A stretch of DNA of 54,597 nt from positions 72,953-127,549 of IMG/VR virus record IMGVR_UViG_3300026097_000012, one strand, 5' to 3'. A model generated the notes under the pieces. That model did not search any database, was not told where the DNA came from, and saw nothing but the letters and a program-made list of their open reading frames with translations. The DNA is from a virus (lineage: Duplodnaviria > Heunggongvirae > Uroviricota > Caudoviricetes). Shown here one piece after another: positions 25,692 to 34,876 of the stretch; the stretch's first letter is position 1; each line of letters starts with the position of its first letter. The translations under genes were made by a program, and so were the position numbers.

Positions 25692-25955
25692 TTAATCTTC
25701 AAATAGGTCATTTAAGTAATCATCCCTAAAGCTCATGCCCCCTAATTCGGACTCTTCTGGTGCCTCGAGAACCGGGTCCTTCTTTAATTTAAAATCTGGA
25801 TAGATATCCTTTATGGTTTTAACTGCCATACGTACGGTAGATGGAGCCATTGTATGTCTTCCATGAGCATATCTAATAGCCATCCATGTGATATCATCTA
25901 AGACCTCCTTTAGCTGGTATCGTTCCACTTGAGATAATCCTTTTCTATGTTTCAT
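25692..25955 (-). CDS. conserved phage hypothetical protein
   Basis: WMAIRYAHGRHTMAPSTVR motif. Confidence 0.7.
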   Translation of the reverse strand: MKHRKGLSQVERYQLKEVLDDITWMAIRYAHGRHTMAPSTVRMAVKTIKDIYPDFKLKKDPVLEAPEESELGGMSFRDDYLNDLFED

Positions 25956-25958
25956 AGT

Positions 25959-26303
25959 TTACTTTTTTAGAAACCATTTTTCTCGATGGCTCTGGATAAT
26001 AATAAATAGTTCTTTTTCCCCTATTGGCTCTAGGTCCGATGGATCATCTGGTTTTACCAATTCGCGATATCTTTCCTTAAAATCTCCCTCGTGTATTAGT
26101 TGATATTTGTCTACATTATTTACTGTAAAAGTAATTAGCAGGGTAAACGGATTAATGAATCTACTGGACGGATTAGAGACGGTCTTAGGTGTTCCGGATT
26201 TCAGGAGTCTAGTTGCTCGCTCTTCCATTCTTTTGGCTATACCAAGCCAAACTCTTCCCAGTCCTGCCTTTAATCTATTACCTCCTATTTCAATTGTCTT
26301 CAT
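25959..26303 (-). CDS. hypothetical protein
   Basis: ORF in block. Confidence 0.65.
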   Translation of the reverse strand: MKTIEIGGNRLKAGLGRVWLGIAKRMEERATRLLKSGTPKTVSNPSSRFINPFTLLITFTVNNVDKYQLIHEGDFKERYRELVKPDDPSDLEPIGEKELFIIIQSHREKWFLKK

Positions 26304-26320
26304 CCTTATTGGTTTAATTT

Positions 26321-26656
26321 TTATACATCTGGATATTCTTTTGCCAATCCCTTTAATTGAGGATATCCCTTTATCCTTTTTATTTCTGAATGATACATAC
26401 TCGAACCGGTATCATAACTGTCGATCTCCCCTGTTGCTATTATTATACGATCAAATTTTATATTTAACATCGATGCCAGTTTCATCGGAATCGGTCCATT
26501 CAAAATAGAGTTTTCTATCTTAATATCCTCCTTGCATACTCTACACCAAATATGTTTTTCCCATTCTGACCAAGTAATGTCGTGTCCGCTATCACTCGGA
26601 CATTGGATGTCATATTCAAACGGATGATATGCATAGTGCCAGGTTCTCTTTTTCAT
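26321..26656 (-). CDS. Cys-containing hypothetical protein (PQLKGL motif; start reassigned to 26656)
   Basis: IQCP..WSEWEKHIWCRVC. Confidence 0.7.
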   Translation of the reverse strand: MKKRTWHYAYHPFEYDIQCPSDSGHDITWSEWEKHIWCRVCKEDIKIENSILNGPIPMKLASMLNIKFDRIIIATGEIDSYDTGSSMYHSEIKRIKGYPQLKGLAKEYPDV

Positions 26657-26660
26657 GTGA

Positions 26661-26987
26661 CTACGGAGTAACAATTTTAAGTATAGAATCCGACAGATCC
26701 AATTGTCTGTCCAGTTTTTGCTCCAGTTCTGAAACTCTTTGTGCCAGTTCCAAGTTTTGTTGTTGCAACACTTCAATTACACTGACACCTGAATAAGATG
26801 GATAAGATTGAATGGATGATAATGTTTCTCCAGCAGTATGATGAATAAATATAGTATCGTCATATGGATTCCGTCTAAATCCTCTAGTTTGAGGGCGATT
26901 ATTCTCGTGCACCGCTTTATTCAAACAATGGACCTGATTAGAACATCCCCTGATAATATCCAGTATTGGAGGTAAATTAAGTTCCAT
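26661..26987 (-). CDS. hypothetical protein (PQTRGF motif)
   Basis: C-terminal coiled coil. Confidence 0.65.
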   Translation of the reverse strand: MELNLPPILDIIRGCSNQVHCLNKAVHENNRPQTRGFRRNPYDDTIFIHHTAGETLSSIQSYPSYSGVSVIEVLQQQNLELAQRVSELEQKLDRQLDLSDSILKIVTP

Positions 26988-27255
26988 GGTCGAATGTTAC
27001 AGTATATTTCATTTTTAATTCAGTTAACATTGAGCTGAGATCATCAATTGACTTTCTATTGAAGGTATAGTTTTGTTTATAAGTATAATCTGTTTCAAGG
27101 TCATAATATCTAACGAATTCCTTTTCTCTAATACCTTTTGTATGTGGACGACAGGCTTTAAGTATTTCGTTAAATTTTGCACTCTCCTCTTCATTCCTTC
27201 CTGATTCGAGGCAAAGGAGTTTATACATTCTTCCTGTTATTGGCTTATCATTCAT
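26977..27255 (-). CDS. hypothetical protein (PHTKGI motif)
   Basis: Coupled ORF. Confidence 0.7.
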   Translation of the reverse strand: MNDKPITGRMYKLLCLESGRNEEESAKFNEILKACRPHTKGIREKEFVRYYDLETDYTYKQNYTFNRKSIDDLSSMLTELKMKYTVTFDHGT

Positions 27256-27778
27256 GTCTCTTTAGTTTATTTGGATAAGAAGTCAGTCCACGGTTCTGCG
27301 GGTTAACATCAGGTTTCCATTTGTTCTTTAATACTTCATTCCAGTAATTTGTTACAGTTTTAGTTCCATTCTTATGACTTGACCAAATACATGGATGTCT
27401 TTCTCTTGCAAGTTTAAGTCTTTCTTTTTTAGGGAGAGAATGATCTGTGTCTAGTTCATATGCTAACCAACATTCCCAATAATGATTTTCATGTTGAGCT
27501 TTAATAATTACGGCAATTTGCCATTTAAGGAATACAAATGATAACACAGGAGCCCATTCAAATCTAAATTCATCGTATTTTGTTTTCCATCCTAATGTAA
27601 CCCAATCGAATCCTATCTGCTTTGGAATCGCTTTTTGATGTCCAGGTTTATCCGGATTATCCACCCATCGTCTTGGTAGAAAATAAGGAGTTCCAATTGC
27701 TACCTTACCCATGTACCATTTAAGTTTAGGTCTCTTAAATGGGGAGCAAAATGCCTTTAATGGAGTGAACTTTTTCAT
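27248..27778 (-). CDS. Trp-rich conserved phage protein (PQNRGL motif; start reassigned to 27778)
   Basis: GKVAIGTPYFLPRRW..LGWKTKYDEFRFEW. Confidence 0.75.
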   Translation of the reverse strand: MKKFTPLKAFCSPFKRPKLKWYMGKVAIGTPYFLPRRWVDNPDKPGHQKAIPKQIGFDWVTLGWKTKYDEFRFEWAPVLSFVFLKWQIAVIIKAQHENHYWECWLAYELDTDHSLPKKERLKLARERHPCIWSSHKNGTKTVTNYWNEVLKNKWKPDVNPQNRGLTSYPNKLKRHE

Positions 27779-27780
27779 AA

Positions 27781-28071
27781 TCAATGTATGTATTCGCTTT
27801 GGTCTATTCCATATAGATTGTCTCTGTTTTTTCCTTCTATTTGAGCTTCGTGTTTCCACCCAGGAGTTAAATCTGATATATTAGTCAATGCTGACGTATA
27901 GTCCCGAAAATTGTCCCAATCACCTGCACAGTTATAAACTACTCTTACTGCAGAATTGGTGTGAGTAGGGATCTCCTTAACCATCCCGTTTTCCCACTTA
28001 CCTTCCGACATGTAGTGTTCAGGCTGGTAACATACTCTATCTCCGATATTTAATTTACTAATGTCTATCAT
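27781..28071 (-). CDS. SH3-like hypothetical protein
   Basis: IGDRVCYQP..ENGMVKE. Confidence 0.7.
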   Translation of the reverse strand: MIDISKLNIGDRVCYQPEHYMSEGKWENGMVKEIPTHTNSAVRVVYNCAGDWDNFRDYTSALTNISDLTPGWKHEAQIEGKNRDNLYGIDQSEYIH

Positions 28072-28080
28072 TTGCTCATA

Positions 28081-28320
28081 TTAAAATGGTAAATCAAGTG
28101 CTAGCATTTTACAATGTTCAGGATTAACTTCAAACTCTTCCATGACTTTTAGGATATCTTCGTTACTTGCTCCAAATGTAGAACACAGTTCAACTATCAT
28201 TGGGTCTTCATCCTCATCTGTGTCAGCTTCTTTGAATACGTCTATGAAATATCCAAGTACATGATCGAATCCATATGCTACTATCGTATCTCCGTCTATT
28301 TTTTTGCTATATCTACTCAT
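28081..28320 (-). CDS. hypothetical protein, paralog of 31735-31952
   Basis: TIVAYGFDHVLGYFIDVF. Confidence 0.75.
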   Translation of the reverse strand: MSRYSKKIDGDTIVAYGFDHVLGYFIDVFKEADTDEDEDPMIVELCSTFGASNEDILKVMEEFEVNPEHCKMLALDLPF

Positions 28321-28649
28321 AATCTTTCTATTGCTACTTCAAATGATTCAACTGTTCTTTGAGCAGGAAACTGATATGTGGTTTGACTTAAGGTATCAGA
28401 AGATCCGCTTATGGTTTCTTCATGGACGTAATCGTAATTGCGATATGATCTTTGAACTGAAATAACCTTAAACTTTCCACGTATTCCTTTTCTAAATAGT
28501 TTTCTATTTGGAAATCTAGCGTCATGCCAGTGTTCATCCATTAGGGTCGTTATCCAAATCTCTTCTCCTATTTCTGGAACCTTGTGAGTTGGAACAGTTA
28601 GAACATTATCTTCGCCTAACCAATAAGATATTTCTGATTTATCTTTCAT
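28317..28649 (-). CDS. hypothetical protein
   Basis: ATGA coupling. Confidence 0.7.
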   Translation of the reverse strand: MKDKSEISYWLGEDNVLTVPTHKVPEIGEEIWITTLMDEHWHDARFPNRKLFRKGIRGKFKVISVQRSYRNYDYVHEETISGSSDTLSQTTYQFPAQRTVESFEVAIERL

Positions 28650-28945
28650 ACGATTTCTCCTCTTTTAATTTCTTTCATTCGATTAATAAAATTAACTTCT
28701 TTTTGAATAAGAGATTTTACTTTCTTTTTAGAATGATTTGGATTAGTGATATCAATAGGAATTGAAAAAAGTTCGTTATACGTTACAACCTCTACATCTG
28801 GTCCAAATAGTATAAATTTTTTCTTCTTTTTTACAATAGGCGCAGTATCATAAAAATGAGTAATTTCCGAATCAAATGTTTCAGCTCCAGTCAGATCATA
28901 TGATTCATAGAAAAATAAACGTCCGTTAAATTCTAATTCTTTCAT
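28646..28945 (-). CDS. hypothetical protein
   Basis: Directly after - strand promoter. Confidence 0.7.
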   Translation of the reverse strand: MKELEFNGRLFFYESYDLTGAETFDSEITHFYDTAPIVKKKKKFILFGPDVEVVTYNELFSIPIDITNPNHSKKKVKSLIQKEVNFINRMKEIKRGEIV

Positions 28946-28949
28946 ATGT

Positions 28950-28957
28950 TAAATATA
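28950..28957 (-). promoter_or_regulatory. TATATTTA promoter without dyad
   Basis: TTTTTA-N17-TATATTTA on - strand. Confidence 0.7.
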
Positions 28958-28989
28958 CTAAATTAGATCGGGATTAAAAAATTAATAGA

Positions 28990-29172
28990 CTATAAATATT
29001 TAATTATTTTCACTGCCTCGTCATGAGGGTGCACGTCAAATACATTTTTCTTACATTTTTTACATTCAACCTCCCATTCTGATCCGTAATATACGTTTCT
29101 AAATTCATGTTTACATGAATTGGCAAGTCCACGAGTTTGAGGACGGAATATGACAGTTTGTCTACGTTTTCC
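28990..29172 (-). pseudogene. Start-less frame continuing in-frame after the TAA of 29173-29382 (PQTRGL, CxxC)
   Basis: GKRRQTVIFRPQTRGL..ECKKCKK..YL*. Confidence 0.55.
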
Positions 29173-29382
29173 TTAAACAGGATCTTCAATGTCAACATTG
29201 CCATCTCCTATTTGAATTCGTTGTCCATCCTCTACCACTAAAATAGTTTTAGTAACGTTCCACTGTCCGTCTCCTTTAGGAGCGTATTCAGGTTGAATGT
29301 GTACGTCGATTCGTAATTCACCATTAGCGAACATTTCTACAATCGCGTCTCGTACTTGTTTTCTAGATAATTTCTGTTCCAT
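29173..29382 (-). CDS. hypothetical protein
   Basis: ORF in block. Confidence 0.65.
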   Translation of the reverse strand: MEQKLSRKQVRDAIVEMFANGELRIDVHIQPEYAPKGDGQWNVTKTILVVEDGQRIQIGDGNVDIEDPV

Positions 29383-29412
29383 CTTAAATTGGGTTTCCTA
29401 GTTGTTCTCTCT

Positions 29413-29646
29413 TTACTCAGCCCCTTCGTCTGCGAACGGGTTTTCTTCAAAATGTATATGCGTGTTTCCATTAGCGTCAATCGATTCCAAAACTTTAACA
29501 TCGTCTATTGTATATTTCTTAAACTTCTTATTAAGATCTGTTAAGTCCTCGACTTTTACGATCTTTGATTTCTTTACAAAAACATCATCTAACAGTGCGT
29601 GGCCTGAATCTTCCCATCTTGAATATTTTACAAATACTGTCTTCAT
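29413..29646 (-). CDS. hypothetical protein
   Basis: ATGA coupling. Confidence 0.7.
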   Translation of the reverse strand: MKTVFVKYSRWEDSGHALLDDVFVKKSKIVKVEDLTDLNKKFKKYTIDDVKVLESIDANGNTHIHFEENPFADEGAE

Positions 29647-30455
29647 GATGTGAACCAGTTTAGTATACGTCTAAAGAATCCAGGATTCTTAATTGGCTCC
29701 GATTTTACTGGATCCTTGAACTCAGTTTCACCTTTATATTTCTTAACTGCTTTCTTAAGGTTCTCATTAGGAGGCTTAGGATTTTCAATAGATTCACAGA
29801 ATAATTCAGCATCCTCTTCAGATTTAATTATACTATCATCCCATTCATCGATTGCATCACGATCATCATCATCAAGATCAGGAAGACGTTCCACTGATTC
29901 AGGCTCAGTGAACATTAGAGATTCTTGTACTTTATCCATTTCTTCAGTATTTCCCTCTTCAATTCCAAGTAGTTCTCCAATTCCATCACCAATTATCTTT
30001 TTTCCTTTAGCAATATTCTCTCTGTCTACTTTGATATGGTTCTCACAATAGTCAGCCATCCATGCTAATTTATAAGGATCAGTAATTCCTTGTGCTTCTA
30101 ACATTGGTCTCCATTTCTCAATAAGATATGGATCATTAGATGTACCAAATGAATCTGCTGGCTTATCGAATCCTTCATGCATTACTACGGAGTCAACCTT
30201 TGGCTCTTCAGCTTCAACTGGCGCAGTATCATACACGTTTGGATCATCAGTTTCAATGATAACAAAACACTTGCTACTTCCTGGATCCTTAGGAGAGTAC
30301 GCATGATATCCATTACAATATTTGTTAGGATTCTTAGTAGACAAACACATGTCACCCTTATGAGCTACGATGTGTTCGTACCAATATCTAAATCCATTCA
30401 TTGATACTATCCCCTTTTCTGGTAAAATTTCTGTCACTTCTTTATTCTCTTCCAT
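29643..30455 (-). CDS. acidic mosaic protein with segment resembling a capsid-protein N-terminus
   Basis: LIEKWRPMLEAQGITDPYKLAWMADYCENH; ENPKPPNENLKKA. Confidence 0.7.
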   Translation of the reverse strand: MEENKEVTEILPEKGIVSMNGFRYWYEHIVAHKGDMCLSTKNPNKYCNGYHAYSPKDPGSSKCFVIIETDDPNVYDTAPVEAEEPKVDSVVMHEGFDKPADSFGTSNDPYLIEKWRPMLEAQGITDPYKLAWMADYCENHIKVDRENIAKGKKIIGDGIGELLGIEEGNTEEMDKVQESLMFTEPESVERLPDLDDDDRDAIDEWDDSIIKSEEDAELFCESIENPKPPNENLKKAVKKYKGETEFKDPVKSEPIKNPGFFRRILNWFTS

Positions 30456-30457
30456 TA

Positions 30458-30827
30458 TTCTGGTATTTCTAAATCTGGGTACATTTTACTTTCTATGTTA
30501 TGGTTTACCCAACCCATTAGTCTTGCAGTAGGGATCATTAAACGACATCCTTCCGGTAGAAGAATATAATATCCTCCATAGAAATGCACTCGGCTATTTC
30601 CAAAGTGTTCTTCGATCTTTTCGTATTCTTACTTGTTTAAGAATAATTGGAACCTTAATCCATTTCTATTTTGAACTATATGTACTCTTGAACCGAATGG
30701 GAAATCACAAGTTTCACGCCAATTGGAAGTAGTTTTTGGTCTACACAATACATATATAGATGATGTTTGTAATTAAAATATGATATGTCAGTTGCTTCAC
30801 AATGTGGGCATTTTTCTAAGTCCTTCA
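30458..30827 (-). pseudogene. Fragmented coding region
   Basis: MKDLEKCPHC.. start, frame change, in-frame TAA at 30629-30631 before EYEKIEEHFG..LEIPE*. Confidence 0.4.
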
Positions 30828-31088
30828 TTCTTTTACTCCTTTAATTCTGTCCAGTGATGTTTTCACACTTGATACAAATTCTCTAAGAACGACGATACGC
30901 CTCATATTATACGAAGGATGGTTCTCCCACTTAGATACTCGTATTAAATTGTCCGCGACAACATGCGCCATTTTAATAGCACGTCGATGTTTGTTATATC
31001 TAAATTGCCTTCTGCATTCTAAGTATATCTCATCAGCATACTTATCTACCTTCTCGTAGATTGGTGGTGCATATTCTCTTTCTACCAT
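30825..31088 (-). CDS. hypothetical protein
   Basis: ORF in block. Confidence 0.65.
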   Translation of the reverse strand: MVEREYAPPIYEKVDKYADEIYLECRRQFRYNKHRRAIKMAHVVADNLIRVSKWENHPSYNMRRIVVLREFVSSVKTSLDRIKGVKE

Positions 31089-31089
31089 G

Positions 31090-31518
31090 TTAATGTGCGC
31101 TCAAGTATTCTTCTTCTATTGGTAACTTTAACCATTCCTTTTTGATTATCTTAGACCCAGATCGAGGCTGACAATACCATCCGTATTCTGATTTATGAAA
31201 CCTGAGGTATTTAAATTGCCAGTTAGTTCCTACAACATTATTTCCTTCTCTGAATGATATCATTCTCCACTTAACATCAGGTCCACCAGATCGCTTCCTA
31301 AGATCATATAGGATCTCCTCTACTTCTTCGATAGTCATAAAGAATCTATCTCGATACTTTGCAACTTTTCCTAAGTATGGAATATTATCTCTATCATCTT
31401 CGAGTTTCCATCCACAGTGAAAATCTCGTGTATCGCAATTGATACTAACTATTTTATCTGATTTGAATGGTGTTGTTTCCAATGGTTGCCATTTATCTTG
31501 TTCTTCGTCTGATATCAT
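31090..31518 (-). CDS. hypothetical protein
   Basis: ORF in block. Confidence 0.7.
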   Translation of the reverse strand: MISDEEQDKWQPLETTPFKSDKIVSINCDTRDFHCGWKLEDDRDNIPYLGKVAKYRDRFFMTIEEVEEILYDLRKRSGGPDVKWRMISFREGNNVVGTNWQFKYLRFHKSEYGWYCQPRSGSKIIKKEWLKLPIEEEYLSAH

Positions 31519-31522
31519 ATCT

Positions 31523-31732
31523 TTAAAATTCGTGCACGCTTCTTATTGCTAAAGGATATCCATTCTCATCTGGTTCATCAATTTCGTCAACTATACTATA
31601 ATTTCTATAGTAACTTTCTTCAAACTCCTCTAATATATTTTCTAATTGCTCATCAGTTAAGATGGGTATCTTCGACATTAGAACTGCCATTGCAGTTTCT
31701 CTAGTTATATCGTGTGTTGATTTAATTCCCAT
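31523..31732 (-). CDS. conserved phage hypothetical protein
   Basis: MGIKSTHDITRE..YYRNYSIV. Confidence 0.7.
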   Translation of the reverse strand: MGIKSTHDITRETAMAVLMSKIPILTDEQLENILEEFEESYYRNYSIVDEIDEPDENGYPLAIRSVHEF

Positions 31733-31734
31733 GA

Positions 31735-31952
31735 TTAAAATGCTAAATCCATTGCTACTAATTCTCGATGTATTTCATCGACCCCATACTCTTCCATGAT
31801 ATTAAGTATATCTCCATTACTTGATCCAAACATAGAGCATTTTTCTAATATGACCTCATCTTTTTTGAGTCATCTTTTGCTTCTCGAAATACATCAATAA
31901 AAAATCCTAATGCGTGGTCGTGACTGTATGCTACGATCGTTCCATCTTTCAT
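31735..31952 (-). pseudogene. Frameshifted paralog of 28081-28320
   Basis: MKDGTIVAYSHDHALGFFIDVF..|..CSMFGSSNGDIL..MDLAF*; one base short in T run 31861-31866. Confidence 0.75.
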
Positions 31953-31990
31953 GATATTAATATACCATAAAATGTGAAACTTATAAAACT

Positions 31991-32599
31991 TTACAGTGCT
32001 GTGATTGTAGAATTATATTTCTTATAAACCTTTTTTGCTTCAGATTTTACATGAGAATAATAGTTAGGACTTTCGGCATAAGTTGAAGAAAGAGCAGATA
32101 GATATTGCTCTTCTGTCTTGGCTTTCCTCATGTATGTAGTTTGATAAAATGCATAATCTATTACACATTCTTGCCATGTATCATACACTGCATGTCCACT
32201 ATTTTCTCCCCTGTGTGTAGTCGCTCTTGATCTAGCACACTTCATTCCAAACATGTTATTATTATGTTTAAAGATATTACTCATGTAATGACCGGATTCT
32301 ATTCTAGCTTGTGCAATTACAATATGAGGAAATCTTACATTCATCCCGACTAGTAAATCATACATTGACTTTTCAGAAAAAGCTAAGTTACAGTCGACTA
32401 TAATTGGAACTTTTTCGTAATCAACTGTCTTTTGTTTATAAATGACGATATCAGTTGAGCTAAATAGTGATGCTCCTAAAATAAAGAATATAATTGCTGA
32501 GAGAGATATGTATAGCCAAATTGGACGTCTCACTCTCTTGTATTCTAATGATTCATTATCAATTGAATACACAGGTTTTGGTTTTCGTATCTTTTTCAT
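31991..32599 (-). CDS. GH73-like glucosaminidase-domain protein with N-terminal TM
   Basis: IAQARIESG..NNMFGMK..YDTWQECVIDY. Confidence 0.8.
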   Translation of the reverse strand: MKKIRKPKPVYSIDNESLEYKRVRRPIWLYISLSAIIFFILGASLFSSTDIVIYKQKTVDYEKVPIIVDCNLAFSEKSMYDLLVGMNVRFPHIVIAQARIESGHYMSNIFKHNNNMFGMKCARSRATTHRGENSGHAVYDTWQECVIDYAFYQTTYMRKAKTEEQYLSALSSTYAESPNYYSHVKSEAKKVYKKYNSTITAL

Positions 32600-32729
32600 A
32601 TTATTAAGTTTCTAATGAGTTAGTTTGAAGTCGATCTCTATATCATCTCGATCACACGAGACACCACATAGAAGATTCCGAATATAACTATCATAAATAT
32701 TAATCGTTTCCACAATGGTTGTTTATAAT

Positions 32730-33029
32730 TCATCTACGTCTATGATTAAAGTTTCGCTTATTGAAATTGCCTTTGTTGTAGTTTTGCTTTGGATTATATC
32801 TTTTGTGAAAATTAGGAGTATGTCTTGTAACAGGTTTAGTTGGAGGTTCTTTTTCTACTTCATCGATATCTACATAGTCATTTTCCCATATAGTATATTC
32901 CAGATTTGAGAACCTCATTCCTACTATAACTTCACCTTTTAATCCGCTTGTTCGCGGATCATCTGGCCAAGTATCTTTGTCAAACTCTGCCCATCTTGCT
33001 TCTATTTCGTCGTCAGGATTAAACTCCAT
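32730..33029 (-). CDS. hypothetical protein (PRTSGL motif; N/R-rich tail)
   Basis: Coupled ORF. Confidence 0.65.
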   Translation of the reverse strand: MEFNPDDEIEARWAEFDKDTWPDDPRTSGLKGEVIVGMRFSNLEYTIWENDYVDIDEVEKEPPTKPVTRHTPNFHKRYNPKQNYNKGNFNKRNFNHRRR

Positions 33030-33273
33030 CTCTTCCTCTAGTTTTAGGGTCTTGTGCTTTTTCTATTTCGTATCTTATCCACTTTTCTTCCCATTCAGTT
33101 TGAATTTCAGCGGCATCAGATAAGGCAAAATCTCCGCCTTTTTCTTTGAGTCTCTTTTGAACCGTGATGATTAAGTCTGCATGTTTATAATCCATACCCA
33201 TTCCACAAGATCTCAACGCTAAGTCAAGATACTTTGTATCGTCGTCGTTCTTATATTTATGATCTACCTTCAT
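33019..33273 (-). CDS. hypothetical protein (PKTRG motif)
   Basis: Coupled ORF. Confidence 0.7.
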   Translation of the reverse strand: MKVDHKYKNDDDTKYLDLALRSCGMGMDYKHADLIITVQKRLKEKGGDFALSDAAEIQTEWEEKWIRYEIEKAQDPKTRGRDGV

Positions 33274-33538
33274 TGTATTTTAATATTGGTGAATATATGT
33301 TTCCTGTAAAAACTGGATGAATCCCAGGTTCAGATATTGATGTCGATGTCGGAACCCTATGATGTATGTGTCCTGCAACTACAGTTTCAAATCTAGTTTG
33401 AAGTCCCTTTGTTTGGGGTCTTATGTCAGGAAATGGTAATACACAATCTTGATCTTCACCTAATGAAATCTCTGAACATGGATTAGTTCCAAAATCAGGT
33501 TCTGATAATAACCCCTTGATATGTGGACAGTGTTCCAT
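33257..33538 (-). CDS. small protein with RNR-active-site-like segment and two PxxKG motifs
   Basis: GTNPCSEISLGEDQDCVL; PHIKGL, PQTKGL. Confidence 0.65.
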   Translation of the reverse strand: MEHCPHIKGLLSEPDFGTNPCSEISLGEDQDCVLPFPDIRPQTKGLQTRFETVVAGHIHHRVPTSTSISEPGIHPVFTGNIYSPILKYNEGRS

Positions 33539-33606
33539 AGTTTTATTATACTCTACACAATTATTAATTTTAATCTAATGGTACCATTCATCACCAATGT
33601 AAGTCA

Positions 33607-33939
33607 TTACCAAAGAAGCGGCCCACCAACTAGAGCAACTGATGCTCCTTCTATGTTATGTTCTTTAATGAATGCTTCAAGTTGATCCCACTGTTTCATC
33701 ATCTGCTCTTTGCTTGTAGCATCCTGTGATGCGACGATGGCATACGTATGGTTTCCTGAATATGAATTACCCCAGTATGTGTAGCCAATTCCATCAGGAA
33801 GGTTTAGACATTCCATTACTTCTATATCATCCATTTCATCGATGACACAGTCTTCGTCCTGTTCATACATTAAATGCTTTACATCACTAGGATCTACTGT
33901 GAATCCTATTCCAAAATGTGCGTCGTGATCTACTCCCAT
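33607..33939 (-). CDS. acidic hypothetical protein
   Basis: Coupled ORF. Confidence 0.7.
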   Translation of the reverse strand: MGVDHDAHFGIGFTVDPSDVKHLMYEQDEDCVIDEMDDIEVMECLNLPDGIGYTYWGNSYSGNHTYAIVASQDATSKEQMMKQWDQLEAFIKEHNIEGASVALVGGPLLW

Positions 33940-34184
33940 TATCCTCTTCCTGAATTTAAAATTAATACTTGTGGTGCGCTGTCGTAATCCGGATCTCCGT
34001 CTTCATCCTTTGGCATATTAGCCTCTTCCCATGCAGTACCATCTGCACAGTTTCCAAAATAAGCTCGGTCTAAATAAACGGATTCCTTTGTTATAAGGTA
34101 ATCGTCCTTTGCTCTTACTGCGATCTGAGTGTCGAAGCTAATCCCTGCTTCAGTACACTGATCAATTAATTCCTGTATTGTCAT
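33939..34184 (-). CDS. acidic hypothetical protein
   Basis: Coupled ORF. Confidence 0.7.
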   Translation of the reverse strand: MTIQELIDQCTEAGISFDTQIAVRAKDDYLITKESVYLDRAYFGNCADGTAWEEANMPKDEDGDPDYDSAPQVLILNSGRG

Positions 34185-34498
34185 TATTCAAATTTAAAAA
34201 AGTTTATGTCATATGCTCTCATTCTCTTTCCATTATCATTGATCACTGGCACATACCAGTAAATGCAATATGGATCGTAGACAGGAGGGCCAGTCATTCT
34301 GTATTTCTTTCCTCGAGTTAAAACTTTAGTGTAGCTTGTGTCAATACATTCTATCCAATCATTTCTCTTGAATTGAGCCATGAATTCTGCCTTAGCCTTG
34401 TGACGCTTGACATTCTCTACCGATTCATATTCAGATATAATCTTCTGACACTCTTCTCTAAGTTCTAACGCTTTCTCGTATTGTCCTTTAGTAATCAT
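34184..34498 (-). CDS. hypothetical protein (SH3-like C-terminus)
   Basis: IECIDT..LTRGKKY..INDNG. Confidence 0.7.
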   Translation of the reverse strand: MITKGQYEKALELREECQKIISEYESVENVKRHKAKAEFMAQFKRNDWIECIDTSYTKVLTRGKKYRMTGPPVYDPYCIYWYVPVINDNGKRMRAYDINFFKFE

Positions 34499-34531
34499 TT
34501 AAATCCTTTCTTTTTACGATATAATATACCA

Positions 34532-34876
34532 CTATAGTGTGACTCTTTTCTTTTCAATTACTCCTCTAGTTTCTGCATATTCAACAGTGACTTCTAACCA
34601 ATTAGAATGATAAAGCTTTGTGTGAATTGATTCAGTGGCATTTCCATATGATGGAACGGTTCCCCAAAGTAACCTTCCGCTATCAGTATCTACATGGAAT
34701 ATTACATTTTCATTTAGATAATTTATAACTCTCACTCGAGTAACAGTACTTCCATTCATGTCGATGAAAATAAAACAGTCTTTTTTTGATCTGAGTCCCT
34801 TTGTATGTGGAGTTCCCTTTTTCAATATTCTAGTTATTTTCACCATCTTCTTCATCGGTATCATCTCCATATACAA
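34532..34876 (-). CDS. hypothetical protein (PHTKGL motif; true start probably 34855 or 34846)
   Basis: ORF in block. Confidence 0.65.
   Translation of the reverse strand: MYMEMIPMKKMVKITRILKKGTPHTKGLRSKKDCFIFIDMNGSTVTRVRVINYLNENVIFHVDTDSGRLLWGTVPSYGNATESIHTKLYHSNWLEVTVEYAETRGVIEKKRVTL

Larger units (their letters stand above)
5035..30193 (+). repeat. Dispersed strand-polarised decamer ACTACGGAGT (16 copies)
   Basis: Starts 5035, 5413, 6837, 8957, 10758, 13031, 15055, 17566, 17725, 20353, 24168, 24489, 24611, 25161, 26660, 30184; no reverse-strand copy found by eye. Confidence 0.9.
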
